NCBI GenBank assembly: GCA_902607115.1
Contig: CACLIZ010000004.1
Span: forward strand, 5,127-69,126
From: an uncultured Pelagibacteraceae bacterium
GTDB lineage: Bacteria; Pseudomonadota; Alphaproteobacteria; Pelagibacterales; Pelagibacteraceae
Reading direction: 5' to 3'
Length of the DNA stretch: 64,000 nucleotides
The notes under the pieces were generated by a model. That model was not told the DNA's origin and made no database searches. It saw only the letters and a list, made by a program, of their open reading frames with translations. Shown piece after piece: positions 8,621 to 17,463 of the stretch. Position numbers and translations under genes: made by a program. How positions within the stretch are numbered: the stretch's first letter is position 1; every line of letters begins with the position of its first letter.

Positions 8621-10831
8621 CAGTTTGCCTGTTGCCAGAGTATGCTTTATTCTCTCTTGTGTTTTTTTTGTTTCAATAAGTCTCATAAACGACTCCAGTT
8701 CTAATTTATATAAATCATCCTCTGTTAAAGTTTTATCTATATTTGTATTTCCTCCGCTTAAAACATTAGCTAATTCTTTGCCAACTTCCATACCATGATC
8801 TAAAATAACTTTTTCATTATACAACTTTTCCAAAATTTTTATCATTTTTTCTTTAATAGGTTTTCCAGATAAATTAAATTTACATTCCTTTGGGGGAACA
8901 AAATCTTTGTTTTCTTCTATTAGTTTTCTTGAAACTTCAAATAAACTATTTCTATTCATTACTTTTTTGTCTTCCGGTCTTAAAAACTTAAGCGGTACAG
9001 CTTCAACAGTTGAGGTTGCTGTTTTTGCATATCCAATAATATTAAATACTTTTAGAGGTGCGTAGTCTGGATCTTTTTTAGCTTCTGGTGTTTGAGTCCA
9101 TCTCCACAACACTTCTTTGCATCCTCCACCTGCTGGTACTAGGCCTACTCCTGTTTCAACTAATCCCATAACTATATTTGTGTGGGATACAACAAAATTT
9201 GATTGTATAGCCACCTCTTCACCTCCTCCTAAAACTAGACCTGATGGAGCAGATATCACTGGATGATCTGAATATTTTAAATGTTTACAAGTTTCTTGAA
9301 AATATTTAATAAATTTTTCAATTGATTTAAAATCACCTTTGTCAGCAAAATCCATTGTGTATGTTAAGTTTACACCCGCAGAAAATTGCATACTTTCATT
9401 AATAATAATTAAGGGTTTGTCTGTTGCATTTTTCAATGCGTCCATAGAATCATAATTTAAAGCACAAGCTTTTGTTGTAAATTCAACAATATTAAAATCT
9501 TTAAATCTATAAATGTCAGCAGATTTATTTTTATCAACTTTTATAGCTTTTGGTTTTATTTTTCCTAGTGTTTCAATATCTGTGTACTTTTGTCTTTCTC
9601 CATAAAAATTTTCATCTTTCGTTTTTGATAAATTTTCCAAGAATTTATTGTTTTCATAAGAGTCGATACGATTAAAGAAATTTTTAACACCTATTGCTTT
9701 TAACATTTCAAAGGGTCCCATAGCCCAATTAAAACCAAGCCTCATCGCTTCATCTATATCGTTAAATTTGTCTGTAATGCCTGGAACTAAGGAAGATGCA
9801 TATTTTATGATTTTTGAAATTACTGACCATGCATATTCACCATATTTATCTTGTTTATTAATTAATAAGTTTAAATTTACAGTATCAATGCCAAGATCAA
9901 TTTTCTTTGTTGCAGAATACTCGCCAGATTCAAGGTTAATCGCCTCTAAAATTTTTTGATTGTTTTCTTTATTCATTCTATAAAATCCACCCTTTCCTTT
10001 TCTTCCAGTGTAACCTGTATCAATTAGTTTTGTTATTAAGGGTATTTCTTTTGCGACTACTTGGAATGGATCATTTTTTGGAAGTTCTTTTATGAAACTT
10101 TTTAAAACATCGGCCATCAAATCTATTCCTATAAGATCATATAGACCAAATACTCCAGTTTTAGGAATGCCCATTGGTCTTCCAAAAACAGAATCTGCTT
10201 CTTCGATAGATAGTTTCATCTTAAAAGCTTCTGTCATCGCTACTTGCATAGCATAAACACCTATTCTGTTTCCTAAAAATCCAGGAGTATCATTGCAAAC
10301 TATTGCACCTTTGCCTAGCTCTAGTTCACAGAATTTTTTTAGAGAATTTATCTTACCTAGATCATTATTTTCATTTTTTACAATTTCTAGTAATCCCATG
10401 TATCTTACGGGGTTAAAAAAATGCGTTATACAGAAATCTTTTTTTTCAGCATCTGTTAATTTTTCGGATAAAATTTTTATAGGTATTGATGATGTATTTG
10501 AAGAAACAATTGCGCCTGATTTTCTAAATTTAAAAATTTTTTCATAAATATTATGTTTAATATCTATTCTTTCAACAACGGCTTCAACTACCCAATCCGC
10601 ATCTTTTATTACATCAAAATCATCATTAATATTTCCAACCCTAATATTGTCTATTTTTGATTTATCAATTAACAGTGGTGGTTTAGATTTTTGAATTCTT
10701 TCTTTTGCTTTTTGACTAATTTCTGTAGTCAAATCTAGCAAAGTTACTGGAACATTGGCGTTACATAAGTGGGCTGCAATACCACTTCCCATTGTTCCTG
10801 ATCCTATTACAACAACTTTTTTAATTTCCAT
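8609..10831 (-). CDS. 3-hydroxyacyl-CoA dehydrogenase / enoyl-CoA hydratase fusion (FadN-like)
   Basis: VIGSGTMGSGIA, EAVVE, SSNTSS, HFFNP, and a C-terminal crotonase domain (FSAGVNL, LGGG.E, GLVETGVGLVPAGGG). Confidence 0.92.
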   Translation of the reverse strand: MEIKKVVVIGSGTMGSGIAAHLCNANVPVTLLDLTTEISQKAKERIQKSKPPLLIDKSKIDNIRVGNINDDFDVIKDADWVVEAVVERIDIKHNIYEKIFKFRKSGAIVSSNTSSIPIKILSEKLTDAEKKDFCITHFFNPVRYMGLLEIVKNENNDLGKINSLKKFCELELGKGAIVCNDTPGFLGNRIGVYAMQVAMTEAFKMKLSIEEADSVFGRPMGIPKTGVFGLYDLIGIDLMADVLKSFIKELPKNDPFQVVAKEIPLITKLIDTGYTGRKGKGGFYRMNKENNQKILEAINLESGEYSATKKIDLGIDTVNLNLLINKQDKYGEYAWSVISKIIKYASSLVPGITDKFNDIDEAMRLGFNWAMGPFEMLKAIGVKNFFNRIDSYENNKFLENLSKTKDENFYGERQKYTDIETLGKIKPKAIKVDKNKSADIYRFKDFNIVEFTTKACALNYDSMDALKNATDKPLIIINESMQFSAGVNLTYTMDFADKGDFKSIEKFIKYFQETCKHLKYSDHPVISAPSGLVLGGGEEVAIQSNFVVSHTNIVMGLVETGVGLVPAGGGCKEVLWRWTQTPEAKKDPDYAPLKVFNIIGYAKTATSTVEAVPLKFLRPEDKKVMNRNSLFEVSRKLIEENKDFVPPKECKFNLSGKPIKEKMIKILEKLYNEKVILDHGMEVGKELANVLSGGNTNIDKTLTEDDLYKLELESFMRLIETKKTQERIKHTLATGKLLVN

Positions 10832-10855
10832 AAATTTTAAAACTTGAGCGATAGA

Positions 10856-11710
10856 TTATCTGTTAATACCTCTTATACGCTCAGATCTTCTTCTTAAAAG
10901 TTCTGCTGTAACAAGTATTAATGTTGAAAGGACAATTAGACAAGTAGCGACAGCAAGTATTGTTGGACTTAACTGTTCTCTTAAACCCGTCCACATTTGA
11001 ATAGGTATTGTTGTGTTATCTAAGCCAGCTAAAAATAGAACAACCACTACCTCATCAAAAGATGTAACAAATGCAAATAACGCCCCAGAAATAACTCCTG
11101 GTAAAATTAATGGTAAAGTTATTTTCATGAATGTATTCACTGGATCGCTGCCAAGGCTGGCTGCTGCTCTGGTGACGCTATGATCAAAACCTGACAGTGT
11201 AGCAGTAACAGTTATTACCACAAATGGAGTTCCTAGTATTATATGGGCAATAATAATTCCTAAATGTGTAGCGGCAAGTCCAACTTTTGCTATGAAAAAG
11301 AAAATTGCAACTCCTGAGATAATCAGTGGAACAATCATTGGTGAAATCAAAGTTGCCATTACTAAGCCTTTGAATGGCATATGTCTGCTGCTTAATCCTA
11401 GTGCAGCTACTGTGCCTAGTATTACAGCTCCTATTGTTGCAAATATTGCAATTATAAAACTGTTTTTTGCGGCAAGTCCCCAGGGATTTTTTGTGCCATA
11501 AACCATGTCATGATACCATCTTAAAGAAAATGCATCAGGATCAAGTCTTTTCATTCCTTCTGAAAAAACTAAGAACTCTTCAGCATTAAATGAAAGTGGA
11601 AAAATTACAAACAATGGCGCTATTAAAAAGAAAAATACAAAACCACAAATTGTTAAATACGAATAGTGCCAAATTCTATAACGAGTTTCTGTATATTTTG
11701 GTAATGCCAT
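10856..11710 (-). CDS. potC: ABC permease, PotC family
   Basis: RAAASLG EAA-like loop, ITLPLILPG and SFDEVVV; last gene of the transporter cluster. Confidence 0.9.
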   Translation of the reverse strand: MALPKYTETRYRIWHYSYLTICGFVFFFLIAPLFVIFPLSFNAEEFLVFSEGMKRLDPDAFSLRWYHDMVYGTKNPWGLAAKNSFIIAIFATIGAVILGTVAALGLSSRHMPFKGLVMATLISPMIVPLIISGVAIFFFIAKVGLAATHLGIIIAHIILGTPFVVITVTATLSGFDHSVTRAAASLGSDPVNTFMKITLPLILPGVISGALFAFVTSFDEVVVVLFLAGLDNTTIPIQMWTGLREQLSPTILAVATCLIVLSTLILVTAELLRRRSERIRGINR

Positions 11711-11712
11711 AT

Positions 11713-12966
11713 CTATCCTAATTTAATATTATCAATTCCAACAAGCTTGTTATAAATCCAGTAAACGACTAAGACTCCTGTTAACAACATTAGTCCCATA
11801 GCTGAAGCAAAGCTCCAGTCTAGAGTTTCTTTCATATGGTAAGCTATTTGGTTACTAATCAATGTTCCTGATGCTCCACCAACTAATGCTGGGGTAATAT
11901 AATATCCAATTGCAAGTATAAAGACTAATAAACAGCCTGCTCCAATACCAGGTATTGTTAATGGAAAGTAAACTTTCCAAAAAGCAACGAATGGTGTTCC
12001 TCCTAAAGACTTTCCTGCTCTCATTAAACTAGGAGATATTGTTTTCATAACGCTGTACAAAGGTAATACCATAAAAGGTAAAAGAATTTGCGTCATTGCA
12101 ATATAGGTGCCGGTTTTATTATACATCATCTCTGGTCTATTATCGTCAGCTACCAATCCTATCATAACGAAAAAATCGTTTACAATTCCTTGTTGCTGTA
12201 ACAAAATCATCCAACTTGCGGTTCTCACGAGTAAAGAGGTCCAGAATGGCAAAAGTACACATATCATTAATAAATTGCTATATTTCATTGGAAGAGTCGC
12301 AAGCAAATGTGCAATTGGATAACCCATTAAAAAACAAAGAATTGTAACAACAACAGCTATTTCTAAAGTTCTCAACCAAAGTATTCTATGTATCCTTCTA
12401 TCCTCTTCAACTTGAACAACTTTTCCATCTTCATCAAAAAACATATCCATACCTTTTAGATATTTTCCCATAGTATATGGAGGTGCTGTCCTTTTTATTG
12501 CTTGCCAATATTTTACATCTCTAAATCTTTTATGAATTGCCATTATTTGTTCTTTAGCATTACCATCCTCAAATTTTTCCATTTTCCTCCATAATTTTTT
12601 GAGGATTGTATTAAATCCGTTCTTCTCTTTATTTAATCTTTGGCCTAGCTTTCCATGTTCTTTCTTTTCAGCTAAAGCTCTATAATCAGATAAAAAAGCA
12701 GCAAAAACTTCTTCTGGTGGAAGTTCTTTTCCATCCCATGTTTCCATTGCTTTGAATGTTTTGGGTAACATATTTGTAACCATTCTGTCATCTATGCTTC
12801 TTGTAAACATTTCACCTATAGGAAAAATATAAGTAATAATTATAAAAAGTAATAAGGGGGCTACCAGAAGAAAAGCTTTAATTTTATTTTTTTTCTCAGC
12901 TTTTTTTAGACTTACCTCTAAAGGAATGCCGTCTGTTGTTAAAATTTTTTGTGTTTCACTGCTCAT
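11713..12966 (-). CDS. potB: ABC permease, PotB family, with a large periplasmic insert
   Basis: LLPFWTSLLVR, LPFMVLPLY, RAGKSLG and GYYITPALVGG. Confidence 0.9.
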   Translation of the reverse strand: MSSETQKILTTDGIPLEVSLKKAEKKNKIKAFLLVAPLLLFIIITYIFPIGEMFTRSIDDRMVTNMLPKTFKAMETWDGKELPPEEVFAAFLSDYRALAEKKEHGKLGQRLNKEKNGFNTILKKLWRKMEKFEDGNAKEQIMAIHKRFRDVKYWQAIKRTAPPYTMGKYLKGMDMFFDEDGKVVQVEEDRRIHRILWLRTLEIAVVVTILCFLMGYPIAHLLATLPMKYSNLLMICVLLPFWTSLLVRTASWMILLQQQGIVNDFFVMIGLVADDNRPEMMYNKTGTYIAMTQILLPFMVLPLYSVMKTISPSLMRAGKSLGGTPFVAFWKVYFPLTIPGIGAGCLLVFILAIGYYITPALVGGASGTLISNQIAYHMKETLDWSFASAMGLMLLTGVLVVYWIYNKLVGIDNIKLG

Positions 12967-12969
12967 AAA

Positions 12970-12999
12970 TAAAAAGGGCGGTTATTAATAACCGCCCTA
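12970..12999 (-). terminator. Intercistronic hairpin/terminator between potD and potB
   Basis: Perfect palindrome AGGGCGGTTATTAATAACCGCCCT (12975-12998); on the - strand the stem runs into a U tract a few nt before the potB ATG. Confidence 0.75.
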
Positions 13000-13035
13000 A
13001 ATATAATATATAATTCTAGTCTTTAAAACTTAAAA

Positions 13036-14151
13036 TTATAGACCAGCTTTCATAGCTTCCCATTTTTCACCAAGCTCAGTGCCGTTATCAGCCCAAAAGA
13101 ATGGATCTACTAGGAAGTAATTTTTTGTGTTTTTTGGCGCAGTAGGCATATGTGGTACCATGTTTGTCTTACCATCTTTATACCAAGGCTCTCCTGCTTC
13201 CATGACAGCTATAGATGATTTTCTCCAAGGAGCGTATGCAATATACTTAGCGCTTCCAGCTAACATTTCTGTGTTAGTCATCATAGCAAGAGCTTTTTTA
13301 GCATCAGCTTCGTTTGGTCCACCTTTAACTAGTGCAAAATATTCATAGTCAAGACCTTGAGCGTCCCATACTTGAACTATTGGAGCACCTTCACCAATTG
13401 TAGCGTTGAAAAATCTTCCATTCCAACCAGTTGCCATAACAACTTCACCACTCATTAATAATTCTGGTGGTTGAGCACCTGCTGACCAAAATACACATCC
13501 GCCATTTGGATCAGTACAAAGTTTTTTGATGGTATCTAATGCTTTTTGAACACCTTTTTCAGTTTCCAATTTTTTATAGATATTTGCTCCACCTTTTCCA
13601 GGTTTTGTTCCAGTAGCTGCTAAAGCGATCTCTAAGTTAGTTAGTGCGCTTTTATAGATAGCTCTTTTTCCAGGAAATTTTTTAGTGTTAAAGAAATCTT
13701 TTATAGTTTTTGGAGTACCTTTAACATTGTCACTGTTATAAGCATAGTTCCAAGAATATAAAATGTTTCCTACAGCACATTTAGAAGGCATTGAAGTAAA
13801 GAAGTCTTCACTTGCAGGTGTACCATCTGGAGCTGCTGGAAAGTCTTTGTCGAAATCAAATTCAACAAATATACCTTCGTCACATCCATTTATTGTATCG
13901 AATGCAAATACGTCAATTATATCCCATACAATAGCACCAGCTTCTTTTTGTGCTTTAATTTCTGATAATCCGCCTGAGTAGTCTACCCAATCAATAGATA
14001 TACCTAAAGCTTTTGCAGTAGGATCACCATATCCAAGCTTTTGAGATTCTGTATAAGCTCCACCCCATGATGCAACAACTACTGCAAATGCTGATGAAGT
14101 TAAAGAAAGAGCAAAAGTCAAGGTAAGTAATAATTTACTTAATTTTCTCAT
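13036..14151 (-). CDS. potD: ABC substrate-binding protein, PotD/PotF superfamily (ligand may be osmolytes rather than polyamines)
   Basis: Signal peptide, ASWGGAY, WDIID, KFPGKR and WNGRF; strong GGAGG SD. Confidence 0.88.
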   Translation of the reverse strand: MRKLSKLLLTLTFALSLTSSAFAVVVASWGGAYTESQKLGYGDPTAKALGISIDWVDYSGGLSEIKAQKEAGAIVWDIIDVFAFDTINGCDEGIFVEFDFDKDFPAAPDGTPASEDFFTSMPSKCAVGNILYSWNYAYNSDNVKGTPKTIKDFFNTKKFPGKRAIYKSALTNLEIALAATGTKPGKGGANIYKKLETEKGVQKALDTIKKLCTDPNGGCVFWSAGAQPPELLMSGEVVMATGWNGRFFNATIGEGAPIVQVWDAQGLDYEYFALVKGGPNEADAKKALAMMTNTEMLAGSAKYIAYAPWRKSSIAVMEAGEPWYKDGKTNMVPHMPTAPKNTKNYFLVDPFFWADNGTELGEKWEAMKAGL

Positions 14152-14186
14152 TTATCCTCCGTTTAAACGTTTTTTATAAAAAAAGG

Positions 14187-14215
14187 ATTACAACAAGGAT
14201 AAAAAATGGAGTCAA
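14187..14215 (-). promoter_or_regulatory. Sigma70-type internal promoter for potD
   Basis: On the - strand TTGACT-17 bp-TGTAAT with an extended TG, about 35 nt before the potD start. Confidence 0.6.
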
Positions 14216-14277
14216 CAGCTCATTTATTAATAATCTTGGTTAATTTTGCTTATAAAATAGGGTTTTTAAAGATAAGT

Positions 14278-15366
14278 TTATTTTGGGTCTAAAGCTCTTG
14301 CATCTTTACTGTCCCAACCTACTGAGATTTCGTTTCCGACTTTTATATCCATTCTAGCTGAACTATTTGGAACTTTAAGTATAAATTCTTTATTTCCTAA
14401 CAAATTTAATCTAACTCTAGTGTGGTCACCATGATAAATTACTTCTTCTATTTTTCCTTTATGTTTATTTTCCATTTTATTTTCTGGATTTATAATTGCT
14501 CTTTCTGGTCTTAAAGAAACAATGGTTTTTTCACCTTTAGAATTTACTCTAATTGGGTTTGAGATTATTTCTGTTCCTGATTCTAATTTAACTTTACATT
14601 TGCCGTTTGAAACATCAGTAACTTGACCATTAAATGTATTATTTTCACCTATAAACTCTGCAACGAAAGAATTAACAGGTTCTTCATACAATTTATCAGG
14701 ACTAGATAGTTGTTGGACTTTGCCATCATTAAATACTGCTATTCGATTAGACATAGTAAGAGCTTCTCCTTGATCGTGTGTTACATACACAACTGTTACT
14801 CCTATGCTTTCGTGAATGTGTTTAATTTCATATTGCATGCTTTCTCTTAAATTTTTATCCAAAGCTCCAAGTGGTTCATCCATTAATACAACCGATGGAT
14901 CAAAAACTAGCGCCCTAGCAACAGCCACTCTTTGTTGTTGTCCCCCTGAAAGCTGACCTGGCATTCTGGATTCATAGCCCGCTAAAGAGACCATTGATAA
15001 TGCTTTATCAACTTTCTTATCAGTTTCATCTTTTGGAGTTTTTCTAACCCTTAAAGGAAATGCTAAATTTTCATAGACTGTCATATGAGGGAATAAAGCA
15101 TAATTCTGAAACACCATCCCAATACCTCTTTTGTGTGGAGGAATATTTGAAATAGGATTCCCATCTAAATAAATTTCTCCATTTGTTGGAGTTTCAAATC
15201 CTGCTAACATCATAAGGCAAGTGGTTTTTCCTGAACCAGATGGTCCAAGCATTGTAACAAATTCACCTTCCTCTATATCTAGGTTTAAATCTTTTACGAC
15301 AAGAACTTTTCCATCGTAACTTTTATCAACTTTTGCAAATTTAACGAATTCTTTGTTATTAGACAT
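14278..15366 (-). CDS. potA: ABC ATPase, PotA family
   Basis: GPSGSGKTT, VFQNYALFPH, LSGGQQQR, DEPLGALD and a C-terminal TOBE region. Confidence 0.93.
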   Translation of the reverse strand: MSNNKEFVKFAKVDKSYDGKVLVVKDLNLDIEEGEFVTMLGPSGSGKTTCLMMLAGFETPTNGEIYLDGNPISNIPPHKRGIGMVFQNYALFPHMTVYENLAFPLRVRKTPKDETDKKVDKALSMVSLAGYESRMPGQLSGGQQQRVAVARALVFDPSVVLMDEPLGALDKNLRESMQYEIKHIHESIGVTVVYVTHDQGEALTMSNRIAVFNDGKVQQLSSPDKLYEEPVNSFVAEFIGENNTFNGQVTDVSNGKCKVKLESGTEIISNPIRVNSKGEKTIVSLRPERAIINPENKMENKHKGKIEEVIYHGDHTRVRLNLLGNKEFILKVPNSSARMDIKVGNEISVGWDSKDARALDPK

Positions 15367-15412
15367 TGAAGGGATTTAAAACATTTGTGAAGATAATATT
15401 CAATAGTTAATT

Positions 15413-16582
15413 TTAGCTTTTTATATGCAGTTCTTTTGAAAGATTACAAAATAACTCTGATCCAGCATCAGTAACTCTTATTGACTCTGACGCTTCTACT
15501 CCCCAATCGCCAAATTGCATTACAGCAATCATATGAAAACAAACATTTTTTTCTAATACTGTTTTGTCACCTTTAAGAATATTTAATGTGTGTTCACCCC
15601 AGTCAGGTGGATATCCAATTCCAATTGAGTAACCAGTTCTAGACTTTTTTTCTATTCCATATTTATCTAATACTTTCCAAAATGCTTGCGCAACTTCATC
15701 TGCGGTATTCCCAGGTTTTGTAACATCAATTCCAGCATGTAAGGCTTCAATGGTTTTTTTCATTGTATCTATTTTTTTTTGATCTGGCTTACCAAGAAGC
15801 ACCGTTCTTGCCATTGGACAATGGTATCTTTTATAAACTCCAGAAACTTCAATTATAGTTGCCTCCCCTTCTACAAATTTAGCATCACTCCAAGTTAAAT
15901 GAGACGCTGATGTGCCTTTTCCCGTTGGTAAAAGAGGAACTATTGATGAGTATTCTCCACCGAAATCTTTTGTTCCTCTAATTAAAGCACCAGTTATTTC
16001 TGAAACCGCATCATTTTGTCTAACGCCAGGTTTAATACATTCAAATGCTTTTTTCATACCTATTTCAGTTATGACGCTTGCTTTTTTCATTAAATCTATT
16101 TCTGCATCTGACTTAACTACTCTAACCCAATTAACTAATCTTTCGCTATCTATTAATTTAGCATCAGGTAAACCATCTAATAATTTTTTATAAGAGTATG
16201 CAGTAAAGTAATGGGTATCCATTTCTAAACCAATATTTAAACTTTCCCATTTTCTTTTTTTTATTAAATCTACAATTGCATCGTAAGGATGTGTTGGCCA
16301 TGTGTGAATATATTTTTCATCATAAGCAATTATGTTTTCATTTTTTATATAACAATTTATATAAGCCGCACCTGCATCTTGTGCTCTTACAAATAACAAT
16401 GGTTCATCAGCATCAACATGAACTATTGCACACTGAGCATAGTAAAAAGACCAAGCATCATACCCAGTAAGATAATTAATATTTGATGTATCTTGTGAAA
16501 TCAAAAGATCGATGCCTTTATTCTGCATAGATTTTTTAACTTTATTTAATCTTTTTTTGTATTCTTCTTTTGTAAAAAGCAT
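15413..16582 (-). CDS. M24/creatinase-fold amidohydrolase, ectoine hydrolase DoeA/EutD-like
   Basis: YLTGYDAWSFY, ASHLTW, RYHCPMART and GYSIGIGYPPDWGE match DoeA/EutD as recalled. Start moved to the ATG at 16582, just after the eutA stop. Confidence 0.78.
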   Translation of the reverse strand: MLFTKEEYKKRLNKVKKSMQNKGIDLLISQDTSNINYLTGYDAWSFYYAQCAIVHVDADEPLLFVRAQDAGAAYINCYIKNENIIAYDEKYIHTWPTHPYDAIVDLIKKRKWESLNIGLEMDTHYFTAYSYKKLLDGLPDAKLIDSERLVNWVRVVKSDAEIDLMKKASVITEIGMKKAFECIKPGVRQNDAVSEITGALIRGTKDFGGEYSSIVPLLPTGKGTSASHLTWSDAKFVEGEATIIEVSGVYKRYHCPMARTVLLGKPDQKKIDTMKKTIEALHAGIDVTKPGNTADEVAQAFWKVLDKYGIEKKSRTGYSIGIGYPPDWGEHTLNILKGDKTVLEKNVCFHMIAVMQFGDWGVEASESIRVTDAGSELFCNLSKELHIKS

Positions 16583-16583
16583 A

Positions 16584-17327
16584 TTAGTTTGAAAATAATT
16601 TTCCAAATCCGTTTACAGATTTATTCATTCCAACTTTTTCCAAAGTTTCCCATATTAAAGCTTGGTTACTTGATAAAACAATTTTTCCTAGTTTCTTTTC
16701 TAGTCTATCAATTATTGATAAAGCAGGTAGAGCTGTACACGAAATAAACATAGCATCAGCACCATTTAAATTAATGCTTGATAGAACTTCATATAAATAT
16801 TCTGGATCAACTTTTCCAATATCAATATCAGATGCAATATCAAAATAAGAATTAGAGGTTATTTCAAATCCTTCTTTTTTAAAAAATCCTACAACTTCAT
16901 CATTTAATTTTTTAGGATATGGTGTGAATAAATATATTTTTTTTATATTCAATTTTTTTAATGCATTTACTGCTGCTGTGCTAGGTGTGGTTACGCTTGC
17001 ATTAGGTTTTGCTTTTTTAATTTTTTCTTCAATAGAATTATATCCAGCTGCAATTGTTCCTGAAGTACATCCATAAGCAACGCAATCTATTTTTTCATCA
17101 GGAAGTATATCTTTTGTAACTTCAGTAATTTTTTCTGACATTTTGATAAGGTTTTCTGCTGTCAAAGGATTAAATGTTTCGATTCTATTTACGAAAAAAT
17201 CAATTTTCTTATCTTTAATTACACTTATGAAATCCTTTTCAATCATATAATCGCTTGCAAGAGCAATTAGTCCTATTTTAGGATTTAAATCCTTTAAAAA
17301 TTTCGGTGAAATTTTTTTTGTTTCCAT
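16584..17327 (-). CDS. Maleate isomerase/Asp-Glu racemase superfamily protein, EutA-like
   Basis: IGLIALASD..IE.D, YGCTSG, TPY, FISCTALP and SSNQAL; both catalytic Cys are present. Confidence 0.82.
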   Translation of the reverse strand: METKKISPKFLKDLNPKIGLIALASDYMIEKDFISVIKDKKIDFFVNRIETFNPLTAENLIKMSEKITEVTKDILPDEKIDCVAYGCTSGTIAAGYNSIEEKIKKAKPNASVTTPSTAAVNALKKLNIKKIYLFTPYPKKLNDEVVGFFKKEGFEITSNSYFDIASDIDIGKVDPEYLYEVLSSINLNGADAMFISCTALPALSIIDRLEKKLGKIVLSSNQALIWETLEKVGMNKSVNGFGKLFSN

Positions 17328-17369
17328 ATTTTTTAAATATACCCTAAAGTTATATTTTGTGTTATAAAT

Positions 17370-17463
17370 AACTCAAGCGATACATAACTCGTCGTTTTAA
17401 CTTCAAAAAGCTAAACGAAAGTGGGATCGGTCGTCTTTAAATTGATTTTTAAAGGAGGCTTTA
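17370..17463 (+). promoter_or_regulatory. Putative structured 5' leader of the LLM operon
   Basis: Nested stems 17377-81/17430-34 and 17392-97/17413-18, plus hairpin 17435-41/17448-54 overlapping the AAGGAGG SD. Confidence 0.35.
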
